Part shown: positions 37,144 through 46,386 of the stretch, in pieces
How positions within the stretch are numbered: position 1 is the stretch's first letter
How the letters are laid out: each line of letters opens with the position of its first letter
Virus record (IMG/VR): IMGVR_UViG_3300021338_000003
Coordinates: 62,001 to 126,000 of that record
Reading direction: 5' to 3' (one strand)
Length of the DNA stretch: 64,000 nt
The notes under the pieces: model-generated
Databases searched by the model: none
Told to the model about the DNA's origin: nothing
Seen by the model: only the letters and a program-made list of their open reading frames with translations
Position numbers and translations under genes: made by a program

Positions 37144-37385
37144 AAAAGGTCAAAGTAACCATCGAATTTGACTACAGTGGAGATTCCTTCCGGCATAACG
37201 ATGAATTTCACGTTGTCATGGACCAGGCCATTGACAAGGCTCTGAACGTCATCTTGGACCGACAACCACACCCCTTCAGTCCCGCTACTCTCATCGGGAG
37301 AGGCCCGGAATTGAAGGACAGCCATGGAAATATGGTCGGACGGGTCGAGGTAACGAAGTATACCAAGGCCACGGATGAAACATGA
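37140..37385 (+). CDS. hypothetical protein
   Basis: GTGA overlap; LKDSHGNMVG. Confidence 0.55.
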   Translation: MKKVKVTIEFDYSGDSFRHNDEFHVVMDQAIDKALNVILDRQPHPFSPATLIGRGPELKDSHGNMVGRVEVTKYTKATDET

Positions 37386-37669
37386 GACTTCCCACTTTCC
37401 TCCTAATGGCTTTGGCATCTTTGGACTCGGAGGAAATCAAGTCGCTTCCAAGTTCACCTTTGCCTCCGACTCCCCCAGATGGGGATCAGGACCGGGATTG
37501 GACGGCAGACCCAGTTCTGGACGCCTGGCTGCGAGGGCTTCTGCGCCCTAAGAAGAGGGATAACCGGCCACCCAAGGACTCGGAGGAGGGATCTCGTAAG
37601 ATGAGTGCTGCTGAGGCCAAAAGGGAGCGAAGAAGACAGAGAAGACAGAAGAACATGAAGAAGAAATGA
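37382..37669 (+). CDS. hypothetical protein with basic tail
   Basis: ATGA overlap; AAEAKRERRRQRR. Confidence 0.55.
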   Translation: MRLPTFLLMALASLDSEEIKSLPSSPLPPTPPDGDQDRDWTADPVLDAWLRGLLRPKKRDNRPPKDSEEGSRKMSAAEAKRERRRQRRQKNMKKK

Positions 37670-37796
37670 CCGCATTTCTGTATATTGTAAGTCTTCTTTT
37701 CCGGTCAAAATAAGCAACTCCCTGACGGGTCATGGAAACTGGAGTAAGTACGATGGTTTCTCTCACTCCCTTCGAAACTCCACCCAGGAATGAAAA

Positions 37797-38039
37797 ATGA
37801 ATGACATACCAATGGATCAAATATTCCCAAAAACCCTCCCACTGGATATGAACATTCTAGACAAGGCTCTGTCTGATGGCCTCCCCAAATATGAGACGGT
37901 CGAATATGAGACGTTTGGTAACATGACCATTTTCGACCTCCAGAACATTGGTGCAGAGGGATGGCGCCCTGCCTGTCTTCAGTTCGATAGACGTGGTATG
38001 ACCTGGTCCGGGCTCTTCTACCGGGTTTCTTTCCAGTAG
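37797..38039 (+). CDS. small DUF4177-like protein
   Basis: KYETVE...LQNIGAEGW...LFYR. Confidence 0.45.
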   Translation: MNDIPMDQIFPKTLPLDMNILDKALSDGLPKYETVEYETFGNMTIFDLQNIGAEGWRPACLQFDRRGMTWSGLFYRVSFQ

Positions 38040-38041
38040 AC

Positions 38042-38070
38042 TTGCACCCTTCCTCCTGCCGTGCTAAAAT
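38042..38070 (+). promoter_or_regulatory. sigma70-like promoter, TGCCRTGY family
   Basis: TTGCAC-17-TAAAAT with TGCCGTGC; AGGAGG RBS, ATG 38087. Confidence 0.8.
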
Positions 38071-38086
38071 AGTGTAGGAGGTAACG

Positions 38087-38581
38087 ATGGAAGACAAGAT
38101 TCTGGTTATTGCTACCGAGGGACTCTTGGTAGACGAGGATGGGGTCAAGACTCTGCCGGTCAATGATCGGCATAATGGTTGGTCTGGAGTTACACTGGGA
38201 GGGTGTGGTATCCTCGCCGATGAGGATGGTGTGTCCTGCTACTTCCCAGACCAATATGGGGCCGCGAGGATGGGCATCGATGAGCTGTGTGTCAACGTCC
38301 GGATCGCGGAGGTCCGTGACCGTATGATGCGAGCCATCTACAACCAACTCATCAATGAGGGTGTAGAGGTCTGGGAGATGGAAGGGGTGGATGGCTACTT
38401 CAATTACTTTGCTGATGCGGCTGCAGAAAGCCGCATGGGGAAGTATTCGGAGAAGGTCAATGACCTTCTCCCCTGGGGTGGTAGGAAAGCCCGAGAGACA
38501 GTCCTGCCGGGTGGCTCTGCTACCCTACAGGATGTGTTGGCGCTCCAAGCAGTCTGGAAGCTGATGTTCGAGGAGGAGTGA
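38087..38581 (+). CDS. hypothetical protein
   Basis: promoter plus RBS. Confidence 0.7.
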   Translation: MEDKILVIATEGLLVDEDGVKTLPVNDRHNGWSGVTLGGCGILADEDGVSCYFPDQYGAARMGIDELCVNVRIAEVRDRMMRAIYNQLINEGVEVWEMEGVDGYFNYFADAAAESRMGKYSEKVNDLLPWGGRKARETVLPGGSATLQDVLALQAVWKLMFEEE

Positions 38582-39081
38582 TGTTTCCCTGGTCGGCCGA
38601 CCCGTTGGATGATGACCCGGACCCATTCCCTGAGTGGGTCTGGACTCTGAAGTTTGATGTCAAAATCAAGAAGATTCGGCTCATCGTGTTTCGGGAACTC
38701 CTGTACAACATGGACAGTCGGATCCGAGTGAAGTGGTTCTGCGGCAGCACCGAAATGGAAACGCTGGTCACTCGCGAAGAGGCTGACCAAATGCAAAACT
38801 TCGAGTATGCTCAAGAATTTTGGGTGGCCCGATGGGAAAAGACTGTCCAAGACAGTCGAGTCATCTTCGAAGAAGACCTTGCAGCTGCAGAGCAAGCTCT
38901 GCTCACGGCTCAGGCTAATCTTCAAGAGTGTCATAGACACCTCGAAGTTCAAAAGCTTAATGAGAGGGATCTCCCCTTGGTTGCTCAAGCAATCAGGAAC
39001 CTTCCAACCCAAGCCCCCCGAGGGGGAGAGGTGTCTATGGTGCCTATCGTTCCTTCCTCATTGGCAGTGGTAGAAGAATGA
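38578..39081 (+). CDS. hypothetical coiled-coil protein
   Basis: GTGATG overlap. Confidence 0.6.
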   Translation: MMFPWSADPLDDDPDPFPEWVWTLKFDVKIKKIRLIVFRELLYNMDSRIRVKWFCGSTEMETLVTREEADQMQNFEYAQEFWVARWEKTVQDSRVIFEEDLAAAEQALLTAQANLQECHRHLEVQKLNERDLPLVAQAIRNLPTQAPRGGEVSMVPIVPSSLAVVEE

Positions 39082-39647
39082 ATCACCCGGCAAATGAAGT
39101 TTGTGGCGATCCGTGGGAAAGAGCCAAGCTGGTGACCACCCGGGAAATTTGGGACCCCTACGATCGCGGTATTCTATTCGCTGCTCCCGGTGACACAGCT
39201 GTCGTAGTATATGTGGATGGTTTTCTGCACCTTCACGTCGACGGAGATGTTCGCCATATCGAGGGGTTTGATTTCTCTGATTGGGTACTGGACCTTTCTG
39301 ACCCACTCAGTTTTGCTGGATTGAAGATCAGGCTGACAAGTCGTCTTGGTCTTGACAGCGTTGACCAAGCCGATAAGGTCATACGCCTGATGCCTTATAT
39401 TCCCGACTACATGCAGGACGGGTCGTTCAAGGCTATCGTGTCCTGGCTTGCCAGCTATTTTTCTCTCATCGACCAAGTATGTAAGAAATTTGACGTCTTC
39501 CTCGGGCCTAGTGAAGCACCCAGTATAGAACGACATCCACGTGGGTATTGGTACATGCGTACCAACCGGTCCACTATGTTTTTGGGTCATGCTGGCTTGG
39601 ACACCATTGATACACTCACCGCTTTGCGGCAGGCGGTTAAGGCATGA
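39078..39647 (+). CDS. hypothetical protein (distant member of local paralogue family)
   Basis: WVLDLSDP motif shared with downstream paralogues. Confidence 0.6.
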   Translation: MNHPANEVCGDPWERAKLVTTREIWDPYDRGILFAAPGDTAVVVYVDGFLHLHVDGDVRHIEGFDFSDWVLDLSDPLSFAGLKIRLTSRLGLDSVDQADKVIRLMPYIPDYMQDGSFKAIVSWLASYFSLIDQVCKKFDVFLGPSEAPSIERHPRGYWYMRTNRSTMFLGHAGLDTIDTLTALRQAVKA

Positions 39648-39886
39648 ACAAGCACGAAAAGAAGCAATTCGATACAGTGGTTGTCATCGTCAGCCTGGTA
39701 TTTGTCCTAACTGTTGGGATGCTGGCCCGGGCTGGGGCATACCTGATTGGGCTGGACCCCAACTTCCTTCAAACCGTGGTGATGACCTTGCTGTGCTGGC
39801 TCATGACTATGGGGTCCATCCAAGCCGAGGCCAATGATAAGGCAATCAACGCCGATAGTCAGAGCGATGGGGGCCAAAGTGAGTGA
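39644..39886 (+). CDS. small two-TM membrane protein
   Basis: two hydrophobic helices. Confidence 0.55.
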   Translation: MNKHEKKQFDTVVVIVSLVFVLTVGMLARAGAYLIGLDPNFLQTVVMTLLCWLMTMGSIQAEANDKAINADSQSDGGQSE

Positions 39887-40523
39887 CAGGTATGTTCCCT
39901 TCAAGGAAGTGATCGGGGGTATCCCCAACAATCCACCATGCCCTGTCGTTGTCCACGGCCATGGGTTTGGGTCCTTGATTCGCGCCGAGAGCAAAACGGC
40001 ATGGGTGATGCACGAGGATGGGGTTGACCTCTATTGCACCTCTACCGACTTGGTGTTTCTCCGTGCCGACACTCTGGAGGGGGTCTTTGCCCTAGCCGGC
40101 CAGATTGCCGAACGGGTTGGAGATTCTAGGCAGGATACCCTATACGTGGGTGTGCTAGAACTGACTGACTGGCTCCAAAAGCAACCCTGGTATGATGGCC
40201 CCCAGGGGTTCATGAAGGATGGGACTGTTGTGGCCTGGGTATCTCGATATACAGCTTTGTCTGATCGTCTCTGTCACCTCTTGGGGTTCACCATCGAGGA
40301 TTTCGATGTAGCCACCCTGGAGGTCGACCCCTCCGACCAGGACCATCCCTGCTGGTGGTTCTCAACCGAAAACCAATCCGTCAACATCTGCACCAAGCCC
40401 AAGGACCCAAATGAACACAGCAGGCACCTTCACGTGCCCCATCTGGAGAAGGATACCCCATGCCTGGATGTCATGAGGCATGCTATCAACGTTCTTGAGG
40501 CCCAGGCCGAGGGGGCCAAGTGA
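39879..40523 (+). CDS. hypothetical protein (distant paralogue)
   Basis: ORF 39834..40523; PCPVVV and HLHVPHL motifs. Confidence 0.6.
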   Translation: MSDRYVPFKEVIGGIPNNPPCPVVVHGHGFGSLIRAESKTAWVMHEDGVDLYCTSTDLVFLRADTLEGVFALAGQIAERVGDSRQDTLYVGVLELTDWLQKQPWYDGPQGFMKDGTVVAWVSRYTALSDRLCHLLGFTIEDFDVATLEVDPSDQDHPCWWFSTENQSVNICTKPKDPNEHSRHLHVPHLEKDTPCLDVMRHAINVLEAQAEGAK

Positions 40524-40747
40524 AGTTCACATTCATCCTCGATGCCAAACCTGGCCAGTTGCTCAAGCTGTCGAACAAGATATATGAAGCCGGGTGTGAT
40601 GACGTTCTGGTAGGAAAGGCTGATGGTGAGGTATACGTGGACTTTGATACTGATGATTTCAAAGTAGCGGGGGATATGCTTAACCGCGTTGAAACAGCCT
40701 GTGGCGTGAAGGTTACCGGAGGAATTTTCTTCAGGGAGAAGCAATGA
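40520..40747 (+). CDS. small HicB-like (EAGCDD family) protein
   Basis: FTFIL...IYEAGCDDVLVG...VYVDF. Confidence 0.5.
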   Translation: MKFTFILDAKPGQLLKLSNKIYEAGCDDVLVGKADGEVYVDFDTDDFKVAGDMLNRVETACGVKVTGGIFFREKQ

Positions 40748-41187
40748 CCAAGCCGTTACTGATTCCGGCCGGAGACGAGACCATCGGGAAGTGGGAGGGC
40801 CGTGTAGTCCTGCACTGGTTCGATGGTAACATCGAACAATCCGTATTGCGCGGGTCCAAGGTGTGGTCCGACGATGCATGCCAGTGGATTTCTGTGGAAG
40901 ACAACGATGACCTGACGGTATATCTGGACCTTCGATACTTGGAAGTCCAAGACCATCTCGGGAGAGTGTGGTGGGATCGCAGCCATGTCTGGCTAGGAGG
41001 TCATCACCTGGCTTCTACTGGTATCACGCTTCATGCTTCCATCACTGTAGTGGCCAGGCAAGTTCCTACATTTGATGAACTTGGACGCCCGAGAAATGGT
41101 GCCATTGTACCGGCTCTAGCCGATCTGCCACCCAACGATCCAGTAGCCTGGGCTATGTGGGAATACTGGCGATCCGAGAAGGCTTGA
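40744..41187 (+). CDS. hypothetical protein, local paralogue family
   Basis: WEGRVV...YLDLRYLE...VPALADLP...AWAMWEYW. Confidence 0.65.
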   Translation: MTKPLLIPAGDETIGKWEGRVVLHWFDGNIEQSVLRGSKVWSDDACQWISVEDNDDLTVYLDLRYLEVQDHLGRVWWDRSHVWLGGHHLASTGITLHASITVVARQVPTFDELGRPRNGAIVPALADLPPNDPVAWAMWEYWRSEKA

Positions 41188-41212
41188 CGTCTTCCTAGTG
41201 CCATGTTAAAAT
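41184..41212 (+). promoter_or_regulatory. sigma70-like promoter, TGCCRTGY family
   Basis: TTGACG-17-TAAAAT with TGCCATGT; GGAGG RBS, ATG 41233. Confidence 0.85.
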
Positions 41213-41232
41213 GGTGTTGGAGGTATACACCG

Positions 41233-41709
41233 ATGCCATTTCTCCCCCTTCCGAAGCCCCCCGGTCCCCCACCCCGCCCCGGGACCACCACTGCCCAATC
41301 CGAGGTGGTCTGTCCCTACTGCGATGCTACCGAGCCGTTGCCTGGCGACCAAACCTGCGGGTGTGGTGCTACCACCTTCCCCAAGCCGCCCTTGCTGAAG
41401 CCGGCCCGCCGGGACCTCCGAGAGTCGGACTACTGCAACGCCAACATCACCGGCAGTGACCTCAGCAATGCTGCCCTCTCGGGTTCGGACTTCACGAACG
41501 CTCAGGTCCTGCATGTCGATTTTCGTGGTTCCGACCTCACCGGCGTCGACTTCACGAACGCCAACCTCGTTCGATGTCGCTTCAATGGTGCAAACCTGAA
41601 TGGCGTCGACTTCACGAACGCCACCTTGAGGTTCTGCAACCTGGACGACACTTCGATGCGAGGCGTCGATTTCACCAATGCCACCCGCATCAAGTGCACT
41701 GGAGTCTAG
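41233..41709 (+). CDS. pentapeptide-repeat protein with Pro-rich and zinc-ribbon N-terminus
   Basis: RDLRE-SDYCN-ANITG-SDLSN-AALSG-SDFTN... A(D/N)LXX-type repeats; CPYC...CGCG; DNA repeat GGCGTCGACTTCACGAACGCCA. Confidence 0.9.
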   Translation: MPFLPLPKPPGPPPRPGTTTAQSEVVCPYCDATEPLPGDQTCGCGATTFPKPPLLKPARRDLRESDYCNANITGSDLSNAALSGSDFTNAQVLHVDFRGSDLTGVDFTNANLVRCRFNGANLNGVDFTNATLRFCNLDDTSMRGVDFTNATRIKCTGV

Positions 41710-41710
41710 T

Positions 41711-42004
41711 ATGTCCGCGCCCAAGCATAGCAATCGGGAATACCTGGAGTTCATTAAGGCCGTCGATGAGGCCATGACTCGGATTGAGGGTATCTTGGTT
41801 ACTCACGACCAACTGGAAGAAGTCAAGAACTCTCGCCAGGTGTACTACACGCTTGCGAGCAGGTTGGGGGGTGAAAGCGTTCAGGTGGATTCCCGGTCCG
41901 TATCGGAATCCCTGGAACGCACTCTGGGTTTGTGGAAGACCAGAGCGGGCGAAAGCCTGAAGACCATCCGCAGGATGCTCGACGCCCTCGAAGAGGAGGA
42001 CTAG
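41711..42004 (+). CDS. hypothetical protein
   Basis: ATG directly after the upstream stop. Confidence 0.55.
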   Translation: MSAPKHSNREYLEFIKAVDEAMTRIEGILVTHDQLEEVKNSRQVYYTLASRLGGESVQVDSRSVSESLERTLGLWKTRAGESLKTIRRMLDALEEED

Positions 42005-42006
42005 CC

Positions 42007-42354
42007 ATGGCACAGGAAGTTGGATATTTGGAAGATGATGTGGTCTTCACCGAGGGTCCGTTCGTCTACGTGTATGCCCATGGGTATCGTATCGAATGCG
42101 AATACCGCCCGGGCCCTGGTCAGGTCGCGCCGAAGTGCAATGCGGTGTTTCCGCATGCATCCATCTATCGGCTCCGGCAGGCCGAATGGCCTGAATGGCC
42201 GGGCGGCAAGACTGATGACAAAGACCTTGCAGAGAAGACGTGCGATTGGCTGAACAGCCTGGTCAATGCGGACCGTATTGTTCTGCTGAAGGGGCGCCGA
42301 TGGGTGTGCCCCGAGTACATGGAGGACACGGAGAGGGAGAGGTACAATGTCTGA
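42007..42354 (+). CDS. hypothetical protein
   Basis: GGAGG RBS. Confidence 0.55.
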   Translation: MAQEVGYLEDDVVFTEGPFVYVYAHGYRIECEYRPGPGQVAPKCNAVFPHASIYRLRQAEWPEWPGGKTDDKDLAEKTCDWLNSLVNADRIVLLKGRRWVCPEYMEDTERERYNV

Positions 42355-44080
42355 CTTCATCACACAGGGCACCTGGATTCGAGGCTGTCCCATCGAGCCC
42401 GGAAAGTATTGGGTTACCGCCGAAGATCAGGGTGGTCATCCCGGAACGTACAAGATGGTCATCTATATGGGCCCTCAGCCGGGACCTCAGCCCAAGACCA
42501 TGGCCGAACTCCGTGAGGCCAACAAGAACCTCCGGAAGATGGCGGTGGTCAATGATGGCACCCCCGTCCCGTTCGGGGAGATTCGGAGGGTGTCGGCCTG
42601 GATGCCCTACACGGAGCCGACGCCGTTCAATGGAAAGACCACCCCTGTCGACCCCTGGGAGACCGACGACGAGGCTCAAACCCTATGGGGAGAAGCCCCT
42701 CTGTACCATGTAGGCAACCTCTCTCTGCTGGCTTGGTCTACTCTTCCAGTGGTCATCTTCTCCTCCGAGCGAGGGGCCTACTACCGAGGTGTCCATATGT
42801 TCGATGGGTATGTCTGTACCTTCGGACAGGCTCCTCTCAAGTGGGAAGACACCTTCTTGGATGATGAGTTGTTCATCGACTTCAGTGACCCAGAGATTGC
42901 TGCCTTCATTCGAGCCGAGATCGCCAATTTCTTCGATATGGACTATACCAAGGGTGTCCAACTGGTCAGGTGGTGTGGTCCCGAGGACCCTGGTCCTACT
43001 GTGTATATGCTCCGTGGTGACACGGATATCCCCTTCTCTTCTGATCCGGCCTTCTACGGAGACAGTGCTGGGGTACACGTTCCGGAGCTTGCCAACCTCC
43101 CCGGAGAGAACACCGACGCATGGGCTCTGCTGCGCATCTGGCAGAATGTGTATTCCGACCGCACTATCAGGGAATTGGAGGAGGTCGGGTCTCTGTCCCG
43201 CCTCCTTCAGGAAAAGGAGGCTGAGGAAAATAGGAAAGCACTGGAGGATGAGCAAGAGGCTCGGACTATGGGGGAGGTCACTCAAGCCATGAAGGACCTC
43301 ATCCCAGAAGGTAGCACGATGGTCCGTTGCGATCATTGTAAGATGGTCGGAATTGGTGTCCCCGGTGAAGTGCATCCCCAAGACGACCTGTCTCCTTTTT
43401 GCAAGGGGCGGTGGGTGGATGCTTCTGCCGCCTTCTCTATCCCTATTGACCCTGAACCCAATCTTTTGAAGTCGTGGGGTGACCTCAGCCGTATGTCCAC
43501 CACCTTCCATCATCAGGCGGATATGGCCTGGCGTCTGTCCCCGAAGGTCATCCCCACTTTGGAAGACGTTGAGGTGATGAACGTCATCCAGGATTCTATG
43601 GTCATCCATGTCAAGGATCGAGAACCCAAAAGTCAGGAAGGGCTATACTGGTCCCTTCCCGAGCACTTGGTTCCAAGCCAGTCCCTAGTGGAAGGAAAGC
43701 CGGCCGAATCTCCTCCTCGTCGCTCGGGCTACGATCTTGAGGACTTCAAGAAGGTGTGCCCCACCCCTGAAGGCCATGACGAGGTTGAAACCGACCCGCC
43801 TCGTCTCGTTTGTAGGAATTGTGGTTTCGATGAGGCGGATGAATTGGCCTTAGAAGGTGATGGGGACACCCTCAATGGGGCATCCTGCCGGTTCTGCAAA
43901 GTTGGAGTCATGCGACCTGTTGGGGTTGGGCACAAATGTCCCGATCGTACCTCCTGCACGAACCCGTTCGGGTGTCGTAGTAAGGGGTCATGCTGGAAGG
44001 TGAGTCACACTAACCTCAACTGGCCCAAGTACACCATCGCTGCGCATCCTAACCGTTGGGACGATAAGGAGGACGAGTGA
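42347..44080 (+). CDS. multidomain hypothetical protein (PxxPGxYW domain + paralogue-family domain + Cys-rich zinc-binding segments)
   Basis: CPIEPGKYWV; FIDFSDPE...HVPELANLP...AWALLRIW; CDHC, CRNC, CRFC. Confidence 0.75.
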   Translation: MSDFITQGTWIRGCPIEPGKYWVTAEDQGGHPGTYKMVIYMGPQPGPQPKTMAELREANKNLRKMAVVNDGTPVPFGEIRRVSAWMPYTEPTPFNGKTTPVDPWETDDEAQTLWGEAPLYHVGNLSLLAWSTLPVVIFSSERGAYYRGVHMFDGYVCTFGQAPLKWEDTFLDDELFIDFSDPEIAAFIRAEIANFFDMDYTKGVQLVRWCGPEDPGPTVYMLRGDTDIPFSSDPAFYGDSAGVHVPELANLPGENTDAWALLRIWQNVYSDRTIRELEEVGSLSRLLQEKEAEENRKALEDEQEARTMGEVTQAMKDLIPEGSTMVRCDHCKMVGIGVPGEVHPQDDLSPFCKGRWVDASAAFSIPIDPEPNLLKSWGDLSRMSTTFHHQADMAWRLSPKVIPTLEDVEVMNVIQDSMVIHVKDREPKSQEGLYWSLPEHLVPSQSLVEGKPAESPPRRSGYDLEDFKKVCPTPEGHDEVETDPPRLVCRNCGFDEADELALEGDGDTLNGASCRFCKVGVMRPVGVGHKCPDRTSCTNPFGCRSKGSCWKVSHTNLNWPKYTIAAHPNRWDDKEDE

Positions 44081-44823
44081 CTTTCAACCACCTGTACCCA
44101 TGGATTGTTCAGATGGATGGTCCTCCTGCTAGGACCGTGGCCGTCCTCTGTGAAACCCAGGAGAGGGCCATCCATGCGGCATGTCTATACCAGGCCATGG
44201 AGGACACCGTGCCCCATGACAGCAACGCTCCACATACTGCGGCGACTGACCCTGCCGGAGTGTCATCCGCCGTACTGCTGTCCGAAGTCATGAGCAGCCG
44301 TGGTATCCTTAACAAGGAAATCGCCCTTCAAGGTTGGGCGAAAAGCGGATATGTCATCCTTGATGCCCGAGACCACCTCTCGCAGGCGGATATCGATATG
44401 GATACCGAGGTAGACAAGGCCCTACTTGATGGTATCATCGATGTTCTGGGTGTTCCTAAACATTGCAAGCCTATCTATTGGGCTAAGGAGTGCAGAAAAG
44501 CAGCAGAATGTTGCCTGACTGCGTTTCTTAGTAGTAGCAGTGTCATCCCAGATGCCACTACTATCGGTCAAACCCTTCATAAAATGACCAAAGTCCCCTA
44601 CCCTCAGAAGTCTGGATGGTATTGGCTTAGAAGACATGTTACCGTAAGTGGTAGAGTGTACGACAAAATTCCGGCCAATGTAGAGAAGGGTAGAGGCGGC
44701 TTCTATGTCTCCACCATTGTAGGTACCCCTGTCGTCGAGGACTGTGAGTGGTATCTCTTACCTGATGGAACTCCCGAGCCCTGTCGAAGGTATGACCCTC
44801 CCGAATTGGATGATTTCAAATGA
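44077..44823 (+). CDS. hypothetical protein (C-terminal PQKSGWYW domain)
   Basis: GTGA overlap. Confidence 0.65.
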   Translation: MTFNHLYPWIVQMDGPPARTVAVLCETQERAIHAACLYQAMEDTVPHDSNAPHTAATDPAGVSSAVLLSEVMSSRGILNKEIALQGWAKSGYVILDARDHLSQADIDMDTEVDKALLDGIIDVLGVPKHCKPIYWAKECRKAAECCLTAFLSSSSVIPDATTIGQTLHKMTKVPYPQKSGWYWLRRHVTVSGRVYDKIPANVEKGRGGFYVSTIVGTPVVEDCEWYLLPDGTPEPCRRYDPPELDDFK

Positions 44824-45362
44824 CCAAAGAACTTCCCCTCATCCATGCAGAGCAAAACCTCTTACACGGGTGGCGTGGTCCTGTACTCTGGGATAATATG
44901 CCAGCCGTGGTTCTCAATGCATCGGGTATGTGCGGCGAGTTCGGTCCTGTGGCAACCATCCAGCTCATATCGGCAGGACAAGTTCCAGTCCCTGTATCCT
45001 TGCTCCGTATGAATCTCCTCCTACCCGAAGTCACGGACCAAGTATCCCGAATTTGGTTCGGTCGTTCGGGGGTAACCTTGTCTTGTGGGTCCCGAGGCTG
45101 GCACTTGAATGTCCCAAGCATGGGTGGGTACAAATGCGTTGCCATGCAGCAGGAACCAAGAGAAGGGAAGGAACTTACAGACGGACGGCTGCACGTTCCT
45201 TTTCTCGCAAAAATTCCTTGCGACCTTCCTGGAAGCTTTGAGCATAGCAATGAGGCCACCTCTTGGGCCTTGTGGCGCTACTGGATGGCCAGTGGTGGTC
45301 CAAAGCGCGTCATTGAATCGGCCAGAAGTGGACAACCCCCACTTGTCCTGGAGGTCGGGTAA
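44820..45362 (+). CDS. hypothetical protein, local paralogue family
   Basis: WRGPVL...NLLLPEV...HVPFLAKIP...SWALWRYW. Confidence 0.65.
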   Translation: MTKELPLIHAEQNLLHGWRGPVLWDNMPAVVLNASGMCGEFGPVATIQLISAGQVPVPVSLLRMNLLLPEVTDQVSRIWFGRSGVTLSCGSRGWHLNVPSMGGYKCVAMQQEPREGKELTDGRLHVPFLAKIPCDLPGSFEHSNEATSWALWRYWMASGGPKRVIESARSGQPPLVLEVG

Positions 45363-45772
45363 TGAATGTGCCGCTAGTCACTTCTACGGCAGAAATGCTC
45401 AATAACTGGTGTGGCCCGTTGGTTCTAGCTGACGGTGCCCTCGGAATGCTGTGGCATGATGGTCAACTTTGGGTTGACGATGATGGCCCATACTCCTTGG
45501 GGTTCCCAGATTATACCAGTGTTTTCCTCGACCTCCGCATTCCCGAGGCCCGATGGCGCTTTTGTGACGTGATGTTTGGGAGCCCTATTGCCTATCTCGT
45601 GAAGTACCCAGCGGGGACAGGTCTGGTGATCGGAGACCGCCTAGTGGCAGTGTCGTGGAAACGCGTCGACCTGGGTGGTGCTCCGACTGTCCCTACCCTC
45701 GCCACTCTTCCAGAGGAACATCAACTAGCGTGGGCCCTTTGGGAATTTTGGCGAAACAGGAGCGGACAATGA
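45362..45772 (+). CDS. hypothetical protein, local paralogue family
   Basis: WCGPLV...FLDLRIPE...VPTLATLP...AWALWEFW. Confidence 0.65.
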   Translation: MNVPLVTSTAEMLNNWCGPLVLADGALGMLWHDGQLWVDDDGPYSLGFPDYTSVFLDLRIPEARWRFCDVMFGSPIAYLVKYPAGTGLVIGDRLVAVSWKRVDLGGAPTVPTLATLPEEHQLAWALWEFWRNRSGQ

Positions 45773-45951
45773 AGGACGTACTACGAGGCGTGCTACCAGT
45801 GAGAACAGCGAAACCCGGTCAGTGCCGGCGACGTCTTCGCATTCGTTGGCTCAAAGCAGTCATCAACACAGAAAAGAAGAAAGTATTTCCGGATTGGATT
45901 TGGATCACCGAGATGGAGGTCCGAATCTCCAGCCTTTCAAGGAGCATGTGA
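45769..45951 (+). CDS. small hypothetical protein
   Basis: ATGA overlap; FPDWIW resembles FPEWVW in 38578..39081. Confidence 0.45.
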   Translation: MKDVLRGVLPVRTAKPGQCRRRLRIRWLKAVINTEKKKVFPDWIWITEMEVRISSLSRSM

Positions 45952-46050
45952 TGGACGTCAACGACAAGGTCAAGGCACTGCATACCATCAAAAGCATCAT
46001 GGGGTGGGACCACGAGAAATTTTGATAGGATCCTTTGGAAAGGGGGTCCT

Positions 46051-46386
46051 ATGATCATTGTTGCGCCAAGACTCGTCAAACTTTTGTCCATCGTCATCGA
46101 TGCATACGCCATAACCATCTGGCCTATCATCCTGACCTCGGCCCCACTGTCCGAGTCCGGGGAGAACCATGAACGCATTCATCTGCGCCAGCAGACCGAG
46201 CTTCTTGTTCTAGGCTTCTACGTCCTGTACGTATATGACTTCATCGTAGGCAAGATGCAAGGTATGTCCGGCCCGGACGCCTATATGGCTATTCGATTCG
46301 AGAAAGAAGCCTACGAGAATGAGGATGATCCTTCGTATCTTGCTTATCGCCCATTTTGGGCCTGGCGGGAGTACAACCAAGGATGA
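46051..46386 (+). CDS. HExxH zincin-like small protein
   Basis: NHERIHLRQQ...FYVLY...AY..IRFEKEAY. Confidence 0.65.
   Translation: MIIVAPRLVKLLSIVIDAYAITIWPIILTSAPLSESGENHERIHLRQQTELLVLGFYVLYVYDFIVGKMQGMSGPDAYMAIRFEKEAYENEDDPSYLAYRPFWAWREYNQG

Noticed and set aside
7280-37700. Late-promoter motif of the form (C)TATT(G/C)(T/A)AG in intergenic gaps (~7297, ~12103, ~25885, ~37682)
   Set aside because: Too short and variable to distinguish from chance without a genome-wide scan
10291-43609. Long minus-strand ORFs (e.g. 10291..11211, 32724..33560, 42683..43609)
   Set aside because: Each shadows well-supported + strand genes, has no recognisable motif, and is expected antisense to GC3-rich coding DNA
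45769-46025. Frameshift joining 45769..45951 to the downstream short frame
   Set aside because: The downstream frame has its own AGGAG RBS and TGATG coupling, so two small genes explain it equally well
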